NCBI GenBank assembly: GCA_016748015.1
Contig: JAAOMT010000741.1
Span: forward strand, 584,727 to 648,726
Source: Geosiphon pyriformis uo1
Lineage: Eukaryota; Fungi; Glomeromycota
DNA: 64,000 bases
Direction: 5' to 3'
The stretch's first letter is position 1, and each line of letters opens with the position of its first letter. Below, piece after piece: positions 23,593 through 38,410 of the stretch. Under the pieces are notes generated by a model. The model saw only the letters and a list, made by a program, of their open reading frames with translations, did not search any database and had not been told where the DNA came from. The position numbers and the translations under genes are program-made.

Positions 23593-26500
23593 AAGATTAT
23601 CGTAAATCGGAAAAATCGTTCGTCGGCTACTTCCCAGAGTATCATATCTGATAAAGTGGAAAGACACTAAATAAATAAATCCCAAATTTTTGTTTAATTC
23701 AAATTTAGTGGTTGGTTAATTTGTACTAACCTGTATATAAATTTTCCAATAGTAATCGATTCTGATCGCATAATATCATTTATTATGAATCCCTTGGTTA
23801 TCCAATCCGATGTCTTAACCTTTCTTAACTCATTTCAATTTTTATACTCACCCTTTTTTTTTCATGTTTTGCTCTTTCCTTTCCATCCGAAATATTTAAT
23901 AGGTTGTTTAATTTTGATACAAAAACAACCTTTCACTTATACAAACCTACATACTTTTGTTTCGAAACACAAAAAAAAGAAAAAATTGAAGGAAAGTTTT
24001 AGATAATTGTTTCTGTAATGAGTGAAAATAATAAGTTGGTAGATTCAGATATTGTTTCTTAGTCATAATATTTTACATTACATATAAGTAATTGCTTTAT
24101 TAAATCTTTGTGTTTTAAGAGATTATTCATGTATTTGAAAATGAAAACCATATGATTGATGTCTTAAAAGCCAATTTTATTTACATTTTAGGAAAAATAA
24201 TAATATATAAAAGTATAAAAAATACCAAAATTAATAAAAATTATATTGTTATGATTGATTTAAGTAATTAATATATATGATAAGTATATAATCTGTATTT
24301 AATTTAAAATACTTAGTTATTATATTATATTAAATAACAATTAAGTCTTACTTATAAAAAAAACTTAAGTTAAAATTTTTATAATATAATTAAATTTAAT
24401 TAAGCCAAAATATATAATATATAAATTAATTATAATTTAAATTAATATAATAAATAGTTTATATTTATATTGTATATATTTTATTTTAGTAAATTATAAT
24501 TAAATTAGATTTATATAAGCAAAATTTTTTTATATTAATAATAATTTATTAAAATAGTATTTTTAATATAAATTTATATATTTTATATTATGAATTATTA
24601 AAAAAAAAACTTCTTTCTCTCTTATATCTCAAATTTTCCAAAGAACATAATTTTGATAAAAAAGTTTTTTATTTTTTCTTGTTGTCTTTGTCAATATTTT
24701 TTATCTTAATAACTTTTTTGTTATAAACTTGAAAGCTGTTTTAAGTAACAATATATATAAAAAAAAAGCACCCAAAAAGGCTTTTTATAATCTTGTTAAT
24801 GGTTTTTTTTTTCAAAAGAAGAAAGTTTTTTTTGGTAATATCAAATACTCTAATAATAAAAAAAACATTTCTTTGGTCAAATTTGGTTCTAATAATAATA
24901 TGTTTTTAAATATAGATGGTAATTTTAATGATAGTAAATATAATAGATCTGTACTTAGTATTAATAGTAGTTCTTTTCTTAATTTAACTGCTATTATTTT
25001 TAAGGTTAGAAAAGTGGCTTTTGCTGTGATTTTTGGCTTTTTTCTTGGTTTTTTTAATTTTAATATAAATAAAAAAGTCAAACCTCTCTTACTTCCTCTT
25101 AGTTTTTCTTTAAACAGAAAATAGATTGACTTTAAGATTACCAAAATTTAAATAAAAGTACTTATCAAAAAAATTTTTGTTTTGGACATTAATTTCTCAG
25201 TTATGGAAAACAAGTCAGCAATACTAAAGACTCAAATAATCAGAAAACTATTTTTAACAATTAATGATTTTGGGAGGACCATTACTTCTTCAAAATTTAT
25301 AGAAATTATCTGATTAATATTTATATCTAATAAAAGTTTAAAAAAACTGTATCATTAGCTGAAAATAAAAGAATCATTGTAAACAATAATGTCAAAAGAC
25401 AAAAAATTTGTTCAGATTAGACTGTTTTTATTAAAAATTTTCATAGATACACCAAAAAAAATAATCATCATAGTTTTTTCTAAGTTTAATTAAGTAATGT
25501 CAATTTAATTATAATTAATTAAGATATGGCAGAAAACTATAATGAAATTGACTGAATCAAATTAAATTGATTAATTGGCAGTAAAATGGTTATTTTTTAT
25601 CAGAAAAAATTTAATACATGTAATAAAAGCTGTGAAAAATTGTAAAATCTGAATGTTAAAAGATTAGTTTAAGGCACTTTTGTTTATTTTGTCTGTAAAA
25701 ACAACTGTCCATAATTTTGGTATTCTATTAGAAAAAACTAGTAAAAAAACTTGTATCATAAATTATTTATTTAATATTGGAAATTGAATTTATTATATAG
25801 TAATTGGCTTTGAATTAAAAAAAAATTGGATTTAGCTTTTTACATAGAATCTATTTTGAATAGTGTTAAGTTTTCTTGGACTAGAATGAATCTGATTTGT
25901 TGTCAGAAATATAGGCATTTTAAACATTTAGCTTTAAAGTGTAATACATCAGGTGTTTGTGTCTTGCTTTCTAAGAAAACATATAAAAAAATTGCTTTAA
26001 AAGAAAATTGTTTTTAGCTGGCTAGGTTATACACTAAAAAAAGTTATTTCTTATTTTGTTGCTTTTGGTGGCAAATCATAAGTGCAAATGGTTTTACTGG
26101 CTGCTTTATTTGATAATACTTGTTTTGATTCTGGTTTTGAATCTTTTTTTTTTAGTATATCACATGTAAAAGAAAGTCTTGTAGTTATTCAAGATAATTT
26201 GTCTATTAATATTTAATTGGCTTTTTTAGAATGTTTTTTAGAGCTTTTAACTAATTAAGTATTAGGTATTATCTGTAAATTAAGCATGGTAGATTTAATA
26301 TCTTTGGTATTTATTTTTCAATTTCAATTTCTACAGTGTTTGTTTTTTCAAATTCAAAATTGAATGTGAATATGGTTTTAAATAACCCACTTGTGTCATT
26401 CATCTTCTCTTTTTTAGTTATAAATAATATAATTTTAGATTTGGGTTTGAGTAAATTTAAAGTTCTGACCACCAAAATAGATAGATTAGAATCTAAAATA

Positions 26501-28906
26501 GTGGCTTTTAAAGTTTCTGTTAATTTAGTTTTAACAAAATTAGATCAGTTGTGTACTGGCTTGAGTTCTTTGGTGTTCTTTTTATCTTAATAAGTAATTT
26601 GGTTTGAAAATTTGCTATGTGCAATATTTGAGATATCAATGTTTTCACCAAGCAAAAAGACATTGTTTATTAGCATATAAAATTAGAAAATATAGTTTCA
26701 ATTATTATAAAAACAAAATTAAGATCTAATATTAGGTTATAAATTATAAATAAGTTTGATGGAGTTAGAATTTTTACTTTTGATCTGGATGTATATTTTC
26801 TTGGTACTGGTATAATCATAATTATGAATAATTTTTTGGCTCAACATATTTCAAAAATAAATAAAATTCTGGGTTATTTAATTTCAATATGTTTTTTGTT
26901 TAAAAACAAGCTTTTAATTACAATTTTGAGTTTATATGCTAGAACATCTGCTAGTATATAATTTGGTCAAGCTTTTAATATTAATTCTATTATTTTCAAA
27001 GCTGTTAATTCTAACTCTTTTGTGATTCTAGACAGCAATTTCAATAAAGATGATTCTAAAAAAAGTGCAAACTTAAGAAAATATTTGGATAGAGATCTGG
27101 TTAATTTATTTAAAAAACATTCTTTGATAAAATTTCCTACTTAGAATAATTTTAAAAGAGCCAAAAAAATTATTAATTACATTTTTGTTAATGAAAATTT
27201 GTCATCAACAATTATAATATATAAGATTAGTAATGTTTTTGAATTTTTTTGTTACAAATTATAAAGCAATTGTGATTTTAGTTGGTCTAAAAAATTTTTT
27301 AAATACATATCTAAATAGTATTCACAAGCAAGCAAACAAAGATCACTGAAAGTTTAATATTAAGAGTACAGATAATGCTAAATAAATCTGTTTTAAGAAA
27401 TGTGTTTTAGTTGAGTTGTTATTAACAGTGAATAAGTTTGTAAATACAAAAGCTCTTGATAAGTTGAATAATATATAAAAAAGTTTAAAAAGAGTAATAA
27501 TGAGTTTAGTAAATATTATTTTCTCTAAACTTTAATACAATAAGTTTAAATGTCCAAAAAATAAGCAATCATTAAAATTTTTTGGATTAAAATTACTGAT
27601 TGCCAGGATTATAAAAGAACTAAACACAGACAAAAAATCTGAATTTAATTATCTTTTTACAAAATAATTAATAATAGAAAACAATAAAACTTTCAAGATT
27701 GTATCTATAGTTTAAGATAATATAAATTCAGCAAATGTTATTAAACAATTATTATTGGTCAAAAAAAAATATAAAATATCAAAGTACTATAAATTAAAAG
27801 TTGCTAAGAATATAGCCATCAAAAAAACAATTAAAAAATGAATAGAAAACTTCAGTTCTAACAAAAAAAACATGATTAAAAGTGTTTTAAATTGAATTTT
27901 TTATAAGGTAGTTTTGAACTATTTGGTAATTGGAAAGAACTTAATTCTAAAACCAGAAAAGGTAAAGTTCAAAGTTAATAAAATCATAATAAATTGGATA
28001 AAAAAACACAAAATGCTTCCAATGTTGTCTATTACTTGGTTTAAACAATATATATCATTAAATTATATAAGAAAAAATACTTTTTTTAAGATTATAAACA
28101 AAATTAATATACATAAGCTAGTTATAATAATTGATGGCCTGTCTAATAATAAAGCAGTTGATTTATTGAACATATCAAATAAACTTTAGAAGCATTATAA
28201 TAATGCAATATTAGACTATTTGTTAAGTTTATTTAGTAATTAATAAAATTTTGATATTTTGGAAAAAAGTGTGAATTTAATGATTTCTAAACCATAAAAT
28301 TAAAAAAACATCTTAACAAATACACAGTCTATTGTACTTATTGAAATGGCTAGAAAAATACTATTTAAAATTTTGTCAAACTGTATTTTATTTGCTTGTA
28401 TTAGACATAATATTTTTTATGGTAATAACTTCTTAGTTTTAAAAAACATCTTAATTTAATTTTCTGTGCTTATAGTTGGATTAATAATAAAAGATGCTTT
28501 AAAAAAGAGTCAAAAAGTTTTGCTAGTTTTGTAAAACATATATAAAGTCTATAACTCTATTGGATAGTAACACTTAAAAACTAGTTTAAAACATATAAAA
28601 ATATGTAATAGATTTATTAAGTTTTTTGGAATTATATATTTAAACAGATTTAACAGAGTAATAATTAATTTTGGTTTTTTGAATAGATATAAGATACAGA
28701 ATAAACTGAATTAGAGTAAAGTTTTTTCATCACTCTTGTAAAGAATTTTTTATGATTCTTTGTTATGCAAGATCAAGAGACAGAAGCATTTGTATGAATA
28801 CAGAATTAATATAAACTTTATAGCAAAACAGACAGAATAGAGATAAATAAAAACAAATCTTTATTTTTTGTAACAGATAAATTTGTTGATAATATAATTT
28901 GGATAG

Positions 28907-29866
28907 TATTACTCATAAAAAAAGAATACAAAAAAAATAGTAGGAAAAACAAATAAGAAAAATAGACTAATAAAAGAATAGTATTTAATACATAAGCACA
29001 TTGCTTAGCAATATAAAGTATTGTTAGAGAATTATGGCACATTGCTCAACAATGTGCACATTGCTAGAAATTACAGACACATTGCTCAGCAATATAAGCA
29101 TTGTTTAAGAAATTATAGCATATTGCTTATGAATATGTAGAATCTTATATAACATAAATTATATATATATAATGAGAATATTAAAAGCAGAAAAAGTAAT
29201 TCAAAGAGAATTCAAGAATTTCTGAAGAATTCAATAAAGTTTTATTAATTTAGAACAATTCCCTTTCTTTTCTATTTATTAACTCTAATTTTAAGAATAG
29301 TTGCTATTAACTAAAATAGAATTATATAAATAAAATATTTCTTCAATTCTTCAAATCCATATTATTGTCATTTGTTTGAAAATCTAATTACTCTTTTATT
29401 TATCAATACTTTATGTTAATAAAATCTAATCCTTAATTACACTGGACCAATAGCTTTTGATTACAGCTATTAACAAGATACTAACTTTTTATTGTTTTGG
29501 CTTATTTTCTTTATCTCTTTTTATTTTTTATTTTTTCTTTTCTTTATTGTTTACTCATTAATTAATATGTGAAAGTACTAACATCAGGATATAGCATTGG
29601 TAAAAAATCCAAGAATAAGAGTAGACACTTGTAATTAAGAATAGCTTACCAGAAGATTGCTGGTCACCAAGCCAAAAAAAAATTGATGAAATTGCAATTC
29701 TGGAAAGTGACAGATAAAAACAACACTTGAATCTCTGTTTATTATACAAAAAACTCAAAACCTTTAAATCATCAAAACCTTCAAATAATACCAATTGTAT
29801 TAGCTATTAAACACCAAGTTATGGATTTGTTATTTGATTTGAGACCCCAAATAATTACTTGTAACA
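28907..29866. mobile_element. Solo LTR (family 2) inserted in the LINE A RT region
   Basis: Termini TATTAC (decayed TGTTAC)...GTAACA. 4-bp TSD ATAG. It splits the LINE codons ...IIWI/ENSQ. Internal ~21-bp GCACATTGCT.. repeats at ~28995-29135. Confidence 0.8.
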
Positions 29867-30823
29867 ATAGAAAATAGTCAGGCTTTAACACAATATATTT
29901 TGAATATTACTAGTAAATTTTTTGAGATTAATAATATTTCTATCAATAATAACAAGACTGATGATTTTTATCAATCAAAAAGTCATAAATACTTTTTTGT
30001 ACATTAATAGTTGGCCAATTTCTATAGCTAGATAAAATGAATCTTACAAATATTTATATATTTTTTTTATTAACAGAGGACTTGTTTAAGCTTAATTTTG
30101 CCAAAACACATTTATATGTTAAGTTTTTTTCTAACTTAATTCTCAAAAAAACATTTTCTAATAAACAATTTTTTATTTGATTTTATTAATTTTATAATCT
30201 ATTATTAGTTATTAAACACAGTTTTGTATTTAAAAGTATATGTCAAAAGTGAGATATTATGTTGAAAAAAATGTTAAAATTTAAAACCAATTTGTCAAAA
30301 AATTTTTTTAACAAGATTTTATATTATTCTACTCTTTATAAACTAAAAAAATTTGAGCAAATACAGACAAAAGACAAAATTGCTTCTCTAATTGGGTTTT
30401 TTAATATGTTTGGAATCCTTAACTAGTTGTTTAAATATTGTTTTTTGGATTTGCAAGTTCTGAAATAGACTTTAATAAATTTTTTGTAGTATTTTATTAG
30501 ATTAAGAATCAGTTTTGTAAATAATTTTTTGGCAGATATTATTAAAGTTTTGCTAAATAACAAGGTTTTTTTAGCCAACAACTTGCCTAATATGTTTTAT
30601 AGTACAAGTTATTTTTTTATGTCTAAAATTTTAAAAAACTTCTTGTATTATAATGTGATTTCTTTTTTGAAGTGCTTTGGTATTGTCTTTAATAACAAAT
30701 TTTTAGATAAATATGATTTAATTGTGAGTTGGAAGATTTTTCATCATTAAAAAAAATTGAATTTTAAAGATTTAGTACTTTTTTGGTTTAAGAAAACTTT
30801 AATCTATATAAATAATTACCTAA

Positions 30824-31611
30824 TGTTATTCATAGAAATTAGAAATTATAATAAGTAGATAAAATAAACAATCAGAAATAATTATAGTAAAAAAAAAATT
30901 CTAAAATTTTTCTTAAAAAATTGCAAGATTCCAAAATTCCAGAATTCCAAGATTCTTTTTAAAAGAATTAAAAAATTTCAAAAAATCTTATATAATACGA
31001 ATTATATATATATAGTGAAAGTATTAAAAGCAAAAAAAACAAACAATTTAATTCAGAACAACAATTTTTTCTCTTTAAAAGATAATTTTCTATAACTTGA
31101 AATGAAATTATACTTATATTAATAAACCATTTATTATTACTTGAATAAAAAAATATTAATCTATTTTATATTATCAACACTTTATATTGATAAAAGTGAA
31201 TACTTAATTACATTAAACCAATAGCTCTTAATTATGGCTATTAATGGAATACTAATTTTTTATTTTTTTTTTATTTTTGTATTTTGTTTTCTTTATTGTT
31301 TACTAATTAATTAAGAAATTAAGTACTAAATAATTGATGTCAAAAATAGCCTGGTAAAAAACCCAGAAACAAAAGTAAAAAACTTAAAAATAGCTTACCA
31401 AAAGAGCACAACTGTCAGAATAAACTGGTTATTATGCAAAAAAAAATTTTACAAAAGAAACTATTAAATTAAATTTTTGCTTATTATATAAAAAACTTAA
31501 CCAAAATCTTTAGACTTCAAAACCTTCAAAAATTATCAATATTCCTAATTATTAAGCACTAAGTTATGAGTTTGTTATTTGTTTTAACATCTCAAATAAT
31601 TACTTGTAATA
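30824..31611. mobile_element. Solo LTR (family 2) inserted in LINE A upstream of RNase H
   Basis: Termini TGTTAT...GTAATA. The 3' half is homologous to the 28907 LTR (…CAAATAATTACTTGTAA). Flanks CTAA/TCAA are compatible with a decayed 4-bp TSD. Confidence 0.75.
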
Positions 31612-33517
31612 TCAATTAGAATTGGTGATATTATTTTTGTTTTTAGCTGCTTGAATGTTATTTATTTAGAGAGTTTTTCAGATATTTAAGAGCATTTACA
31701 CAGACTATAAACTGATGTTTTTAATGTTTACATAAATAAATTTTTAAAGCTATTGGGTATTACAAAGATTGCTAGTAGAATAGTGGCTTATCTTTCTAAT
31801 ATTGGAATGAATATAAGTGTTGAAGTATATAAATTGCTATTTTTTATATTAACAGAACTTCAGGCAATTATTTTAACATTGAAATGTATACTTTTATCTT
31901 GTTTAATAGTTATATACATAAACAGTTAAGTGGTTTTAAATATATGTGTTTTAAAATTCAAGTTTTATTTGCCAAATTTTCAAAACAAATACTAAATAGA
32001 AAGACATTATATAACTAATTTGGTCAAAACCAAGAATATTTTGATTAAATAAGTAAAAATTAAAAGTCATTTGAGAAACAATGATAATAATAAAACTAAT
32101 ATTCTTGTATATGATGTGGTGCATTCAGGTTTTGTTTTTTTTAAGAGAATTCATAAAAAGTATATAATGGCTAATAGCCAGATAATATTAAGAAATGTCT
32201 GCTATTTTATTTGGAATATTTATCAAACTGTTTATCATGCTCAATAAAAGACTGGTTCAGACATTAAAGTCATGAATAAGACAATAATTAGTAATATTAA
32301 TTAGACTACTATTGTTAAAGTTTGGTATCTAAATTTGTATATGCTTTCAAAGTTCATAAACAAAATTTTGTCTGTCTTATATACATATTTAATAAAAACA
32401 GTTCACAAGAAACTGTTTGTTGCTATTAAAAAAAGACTTTATAACAAAAATTATCTTGGAGTTTTGTGTTTAATATGTGGTAATATTGAATTATTTGATT
32501 ATGTTTTTATTTGTTTAAGAGAAACTGAAACATACTTTAAGATTTTATTGAACTATATTAATTTATAAAAGTTTTTAAAAGTTGAATGTTCTTTGCTATT
32601 ATTTCCAGTGTTATGTATTTTTTTTTCTGAAATATCAGATATTGGTATTTATGTGGTTTTATGTAAAAATTTTGTTTTTAAGAATTGAATAGATTAGACA
32701 ATTTTAATTTTTAGCAATAAGAAAAGAGTTGTGTTAACAGTAATCAACTTTGCTCAACATTTGGCTAAAAAACATTAGAGTAAGCTATAACTATTAAGAA
32801 CAAAATTCAAGATAAATATAGAAAAAAATGGCATAGTTAATGAAATAAAATTAATTTCTGCTCTTTCTTGTAATGTATTTAATTGTTTATTAACAAAAGT
32901 TGTTTATCTGCTTTGTATTATTAAGTTTTTTGCTGTAAGTTTTAGTTTGTATAAAACTTGTTATTTTTTTTAAATATTTATAACAGTACAAGAGTATATA
33001 TAAATATATAATATTGTCTTAATTGGTCTAAATGACTAATTACATATAGTAAATATGTAAATCATATTTGGTTAAATTTACTTAGTTTGTTTTTGTATAT
33101 TAGATAATATTTAGACTATACTTATTAAATAATAATATTAAAAAATTATTAAATATTTTAAAATTATTTGCAAATTTATTTATTTTAATAAAAGTTTAAA
33201 TATTATATTTTAAAAAATTAAATTAAAATTTTTTTATTGTTTAATTAAATATATTTTAATTGTTATTTATAAACATAAAATAAAAATATTTTGTAATAAA
33301 TATAGTTTATGTTTTATTTATATATAACTAGTTATTTAAATTAATTATTAATAAACCAAATAACTTGAATAATTTAATTTAAAGACAATTTTAATGTTTA
33401 AATTACTATTATATAAAATTTTTAATACTTTGAGTTTTGTTTTAAATTTAATAAATATTAAACAAATAATTAATTAATATAATATTTTTGAATTTTAATA
33501 ATATATATTATATTTTT

Positions 33518-33520
<3 letters not shown>

Positions 33521-33549
<29 letters not shown>
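33521..33549. repeat. (AAT)n microsatellite in an AT-rich block
   Basis: Directly visible. Confidence 0.85.
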
Positions 33550-34221
33550 GTTTTTTAAAGTTTTCAATTTTAAAATCCAATTTTTATAATAAATTTTATT
33601 AATTTTGTATTGAATTAAAATACATAATTTAATTAATATTAAAATTTCAAAAAAACAAATTGAATTCTTTAATTTTATTGTTTTTTAATAAGATCTGCAC
33701 ATAAAATTGAATATTATAAAATTATGCTTAAAAAATATTTTGTGTACAAAATTCAAATTAAATAAATTTATGCTTTATTAAGTATGGTCCAATAAATTTA
33801 ATTATTTATAAATCAAGATAATATATTTTATAACAAAATTTCAAAATATTCTTAATGTTAAAACAATAATATTTAATAATTAAAACAAATGAATTAATTT
33901 TTAATATATAATTTATTTTTAAACAAATATCTAAACAATTATACGAATAACATTTTTTATAATTCAAACTAGAAATCAAATATGTAAAGCATTGAATGTT
34001 TAAAGTTGAGTTTAAATTAAGCAAGATTTTAAATAAAAGTTTTTGTTATTTTAACTTAGCTGTTATGTGTCAATCTCCTCTTATCAAATAACTTGATTAA
34101 AAGATCAGCTATTTTACGTCATCCGGTTTTCAAATCATTGATAAAAAGGACCCAAACTGGATACAGATTTTACGTAATACCTTAAACTGCAAGAAATATC
34201 AACGTTTATTTCTTGGACAAA

Positions 34222-36135
34222 ATGACATCAAGCAACGCAAATATGCCAATTGATATAACCTCTAGAGATATTGATATGAACCAAGATCATGATCATCGTC
34301 CGACCAGAAACAAGATATTAGTGCTTGGTAGACGTGGTGTTGGAAAATTGTCCTTGATCAAACGTAAATAATCGGTGATCTTAAAAGATAGAAATGGTTT
34401 GAGTTATTCAAAGAAATTTTAGCAGTTGTTAAAGGATTTTGAGTAGATATACAATCATCCTGAAACAGCAAACGTATGATTAAAGAAATATAGTGATGGG
34501 TGTATTTTATTGATTTTCACCGATCATACCGAGGTTATCCAATGGATTTTTGTTATAACTTCTTCAAAGTCTCGCTATTTTTATCTAAATTCAATCTATA
34601 TTATTTTAGCTTCTTATTTCATGCCTGCTTTCTCACTTTGTCTAACGTCAATCTTTTGCCAGAGATCATTTATTCCAAAGATGCTACTACCGAAAAGACC
34701 GAACCTTCCTTCACAGATCTTGAATCTGATAAAAGTACATCCAAGATAAATTCCGGTTTTCACCACAATGTTTTACACGAACCAGAAGACCCAAACCATT
34801 CTGGACACATATTTCCATGGCTTATCTCGACAAAGTATTACACAGCTAATGTACAATTCTGGGTTGATGAAACCTTGTCAGTTGATGCTATTGATGCTGA
34901 AGTCATTAAAGCTTATGAGGCCGAAGAAAATGGAATCGGAAGTGTAGTTGATGCTGTGATTTTTGTGTTTCGGAAGGATCAGGTAGATTTAAATTTCCAA
35001 ATATAATGATATTCTTTGTCCTTGATTTTTTTTATTGATTCCTTTCTTCTTTCCTAAAATATGGCAAAAAATAGCCATCAACATTTAATGATATTCATCC
35101 GTTTTTACCATTCATCGCACGCTATGAACCCGCAATTACACTCGCAGTGGGAATGGGTTTAACATTAGAAAGTTCAGTGGGTCTAACAGATTATGATGAT
35201 CAATTCCCTGATTGGTGTCTAGAAAATGGATTTGAATATGTGGATTTTGAAGCAAAGGAAAACTTGGATGAGCATGGTGAGAAAGCTCATTTCGGCTTCT
35301 TAGTCTTTTTGAGAAAGATTTCCATTCTCATATTCGATGATGTTTTTGCCATAAACTCAGAGTCTGTTGGTATAAATCGCATACTTGAAGCGCTAAAATC
35401 ACACATGTGGGATGGGTTGACGCGAATAAATTTACCAATAACATCAAAAACGTCAAGAGCTTTATTGCAAGACGATGATATTAAAGATGTCTATGAACTG
35501 GGACATATGGATCCTAAATTAAATCAAGAGCTCTTGGAGGGCAAGTCTTAGCATTCATAAATGTGAAGCTATTAATCCCCTTGAAATAATTATTTTTTAT
35601 TACGTCCACATACTATTAAACCTATCACAGCAATCTCGAGACTGGAAATTAACGAAAACAATATGGATCACATTATTCAAAATCGATCAGACACTGGGAC
35701 ACTACAAGATCACTTTAAAGCCCCGTTCGACGACTCTGACCCGGAGTTTTTTCAGGGTAATAATATTAATCCATATCAGTATTTGGACATTCTGTAATTA
35801 GGTACTGATTTTGTAATATTCTAAAGACATGCCAACCCAGAAAGAAATTGCAAAAATACACGAACAACTTTTTGGCGATTTTGGTCATGAAGATCAAGAT
35901 GGTGAAGATGGGATGGATCGGATATTATCACGGTTGAATATCTTAAGAGGCAGGTATTTGGATATCACGTTTGTTTTCAGGTTTTAAAGGCTTTATTTCC
36001 TAACTTTTGATATCAACACCTGAATTTTTGAACCCCATTTTCACAGAAAAAGGTAAACTTTTACCAGACCTGGAACGAAGGAAATTGGCAGCTAGTGTTG
36101 CATATTCATTTGGAATGGGCATTAGTGGTGAGTGA
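34222..36135 (+). CDS. IRC6: Irc6 / alpha- and gamma-adaptin-binding protein p34 (AAGAB) homologue, 7 exons
   Basis: NKILVLGRRGVGK, WLISTKYYTANVQFWVDE, DWCLENGFEYVD, GINRILEALKSHMWDG and the C-terminal LPDLERRKLAASVAYSF. Two introns need GC donors (35541, 35950). Confidence 0.9.
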
Positions 36136-36559
36136 TCTTTGAGAGGCAATAAATGAAATTATCACCTTGGTAAATTTGTATAATGTCGAAGTTCGCTGAA
36201 AGTATGAGAAAGTTTTATTATTTAATAATTCTCAGTTGTTCAGGAGTCTTAAGAAAACTTTAATTTTCATTGTGGCAAATACAAAGTTCCATTAATTAAA
36301 GCATGCGAAAAAAGTTGATGTTATTTTCTTTAGACCCTAGTTGTCACCAAAATTGCAAAATAGATAATTCAAACTGAAAATATACTCCACTGAATGAATA
36401 TATCAGTAATTTATGGTTCCAAATATTATAAAATTGATTCCAATAATTAAAGAAAGTTACCATTTAAAAATATTTCATTGCGTAATAAAGTTAATATCAT
36501 ACAAATCGCTATGAATTGATCATAAAATTAAAGAATCTAAATATAATTTAATAAAAACT

Positions 36560-38410
36560 TGACATTTTAATTCACAAAAAACCTTTTTTGAACAGATTAT
36601 AACAATACTTATTAAAATATTGATAAATAATAATTTAAATTAAAAACAGTTTTTTAATTTTATTTATTTATTTATCAAACAATAAAAATAAAAAAACTTT
36701 TTGAATTTAAAATTTAATTAAATAACATCATATGGGGAAAGTCCTAGTAAAAGTCACTAAAGTTCTAAATACGTAATTAACAGATGGACTATACTTGTTA
36801 ATTAAATAAAATTAAGTTATTTTTAATTTTAAAATTATAAAAATTATTTGTTTTAAATTATAATTTTTTTTAATGCTTACTAAATATAATTTAACTAATA
36901 TCTATTTACATATTTTTAATATTTTCAATTTTCAATTTTTGTTATTAAATATATAAAAATATGTATTTAAATATAATAAAAACAAACTAATAAAACATAT
37001 ATATATATACATAATTTTTTTTAGGCTTAAACAAGTGTATTATAATTAATTCATTATATTAATTGTAATTAATGCATTAATAATACATAATTAATTATTT
37101 AAACTTATATCAAAATCATATTGAGTTAAATTTTATTATTATTCAACGCAAAACTATCCAACTATAAATTATTTTATACAATTTAATTATTATATATTAA
37201 ATATAAATTGTGCTATAAAAAATATGTAATTAGTTATTTAAGCCAACTTAAACTATTTTAAATAAAACAAAAAAAACAAACTTTGTGCTTTAATCTTATT
37301 TATATAACTATTTAAATAATTATTTTTTTTAATAAATCTGTACAACTAAGTTTTAATAGCTTTCTTACTAATTCTGGTTTTTAATAATTTTAAATAAGTA
37401 CCAAATCAAACAAATTTTTTTTTACTTATAATAATATTTAATTTTTTAATTATGTTATTATTATTACAAAATAAAATTTTACCAAACTTATTTTTAAATT
37501 TGAAAAAGTTTTGTACATATTAATTATTATTCTGCCAAGATTTTTAATTTATGTTTTTAAAAAGCAAACTTAAAAATTTAATTTCATTATAAAAACTTAT
37601 TTAATTATCAAAAAAATGTAATTAAAGCAACCAAAAAACCAAAAAACCAATAAACTTAATTATTAATTTTATAAAAGCAAAAAACTCTTAAATTTTTATT
37701 TTTAAAAACATTAATCTGAAATTAACAATAATATTAGAATTAAAAAAGCATATAAATACCACAAAATTTGCAATATTAATATAAAACATAAAAATTTTAA
37801 AAAACTAAAGAACATTGTTTTGTAATTAAAAATTAATTAATCTAATTTAAACTTTAATATTTATAATAATACTAATATTTAAAAGTTTTTTATTAAGTAA
37901 AATTTATGTTAAAATACCAATTTTAAATAATAGTTATATTAAATGTTTTTTTAAACTTAAAAATAACAATAACAAATCTTAATTTCAAAAATTATATGAC
38001 TAAAAAAATTAACCAATTTAATTTAAAATATTTATAAAAAACAATAATTTCTTTTTAATTAACAAAAAATATTTTAAAATTGTTTTTATTATTAAAATTA
38101 ATTAACAAATAAAAACAGTTTTAATGTTTTTTAAAAACTTAAAATATATAATAATAATAATATATTATTATAAATTAACAAATTTTAATTTAATACCTAA
38201 AAACTTTATTAAAAACATTAAAATATAAATTAATTATTTTTAAAATTAAATAACTTAATAAGTTAATTATTTAAAATTATATGTTAAAATTTATTATAAC
38301 TTATTATATTAAACAATTTAATTATGTATTAATTTAAACCAGTTTTAATAAATAAATTTTTATTAAAAATTTTTAAAATCTTTATAACCTTAATTATTTT
38401 ATTTTATTGT
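36560..38410. other. Extremely AT-rich non-coding block, probably terminally decayed repeats
   Basis: Very few G/C bases and no ORFs. It abuts the 3' end of LINE B. Confidence 0.55.

Larger units (their letters stand above)
24595..33140 (+). mobile_element. LINE copy A: near full-length, heavily decayed non-LTR retrotransposon (ORF1 + EN-RT-RNaseH ORF2) carrying two solo LTRs
   Basis: 5' UTR (AAAACTTCTTTCTC...) shared with copies B-D. Remnants are collinear with copy D (KFAMCNI, DSNFNKD, FVDNIIW, ELQAII, CLICGNIELFDY). The 3' UTR at 33010-33140 resembles that of copy B. Confidence 0.85.

Noticed and set aside
28995-29135. ~21-bp repeat array resembling a CRISPR
   Set aside because: No unique spacers and no cas genes. 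It lies inside a eukaryotic solo LTR.
24729-34024. Many short K/N/I/L/F-rich ORFs in the ORF track (also 5794-6776 and 55753-56252)
   Set aside because: Fragments of decayed LINE frames or chance ORFs in AT-rich DNA, not independent genes.
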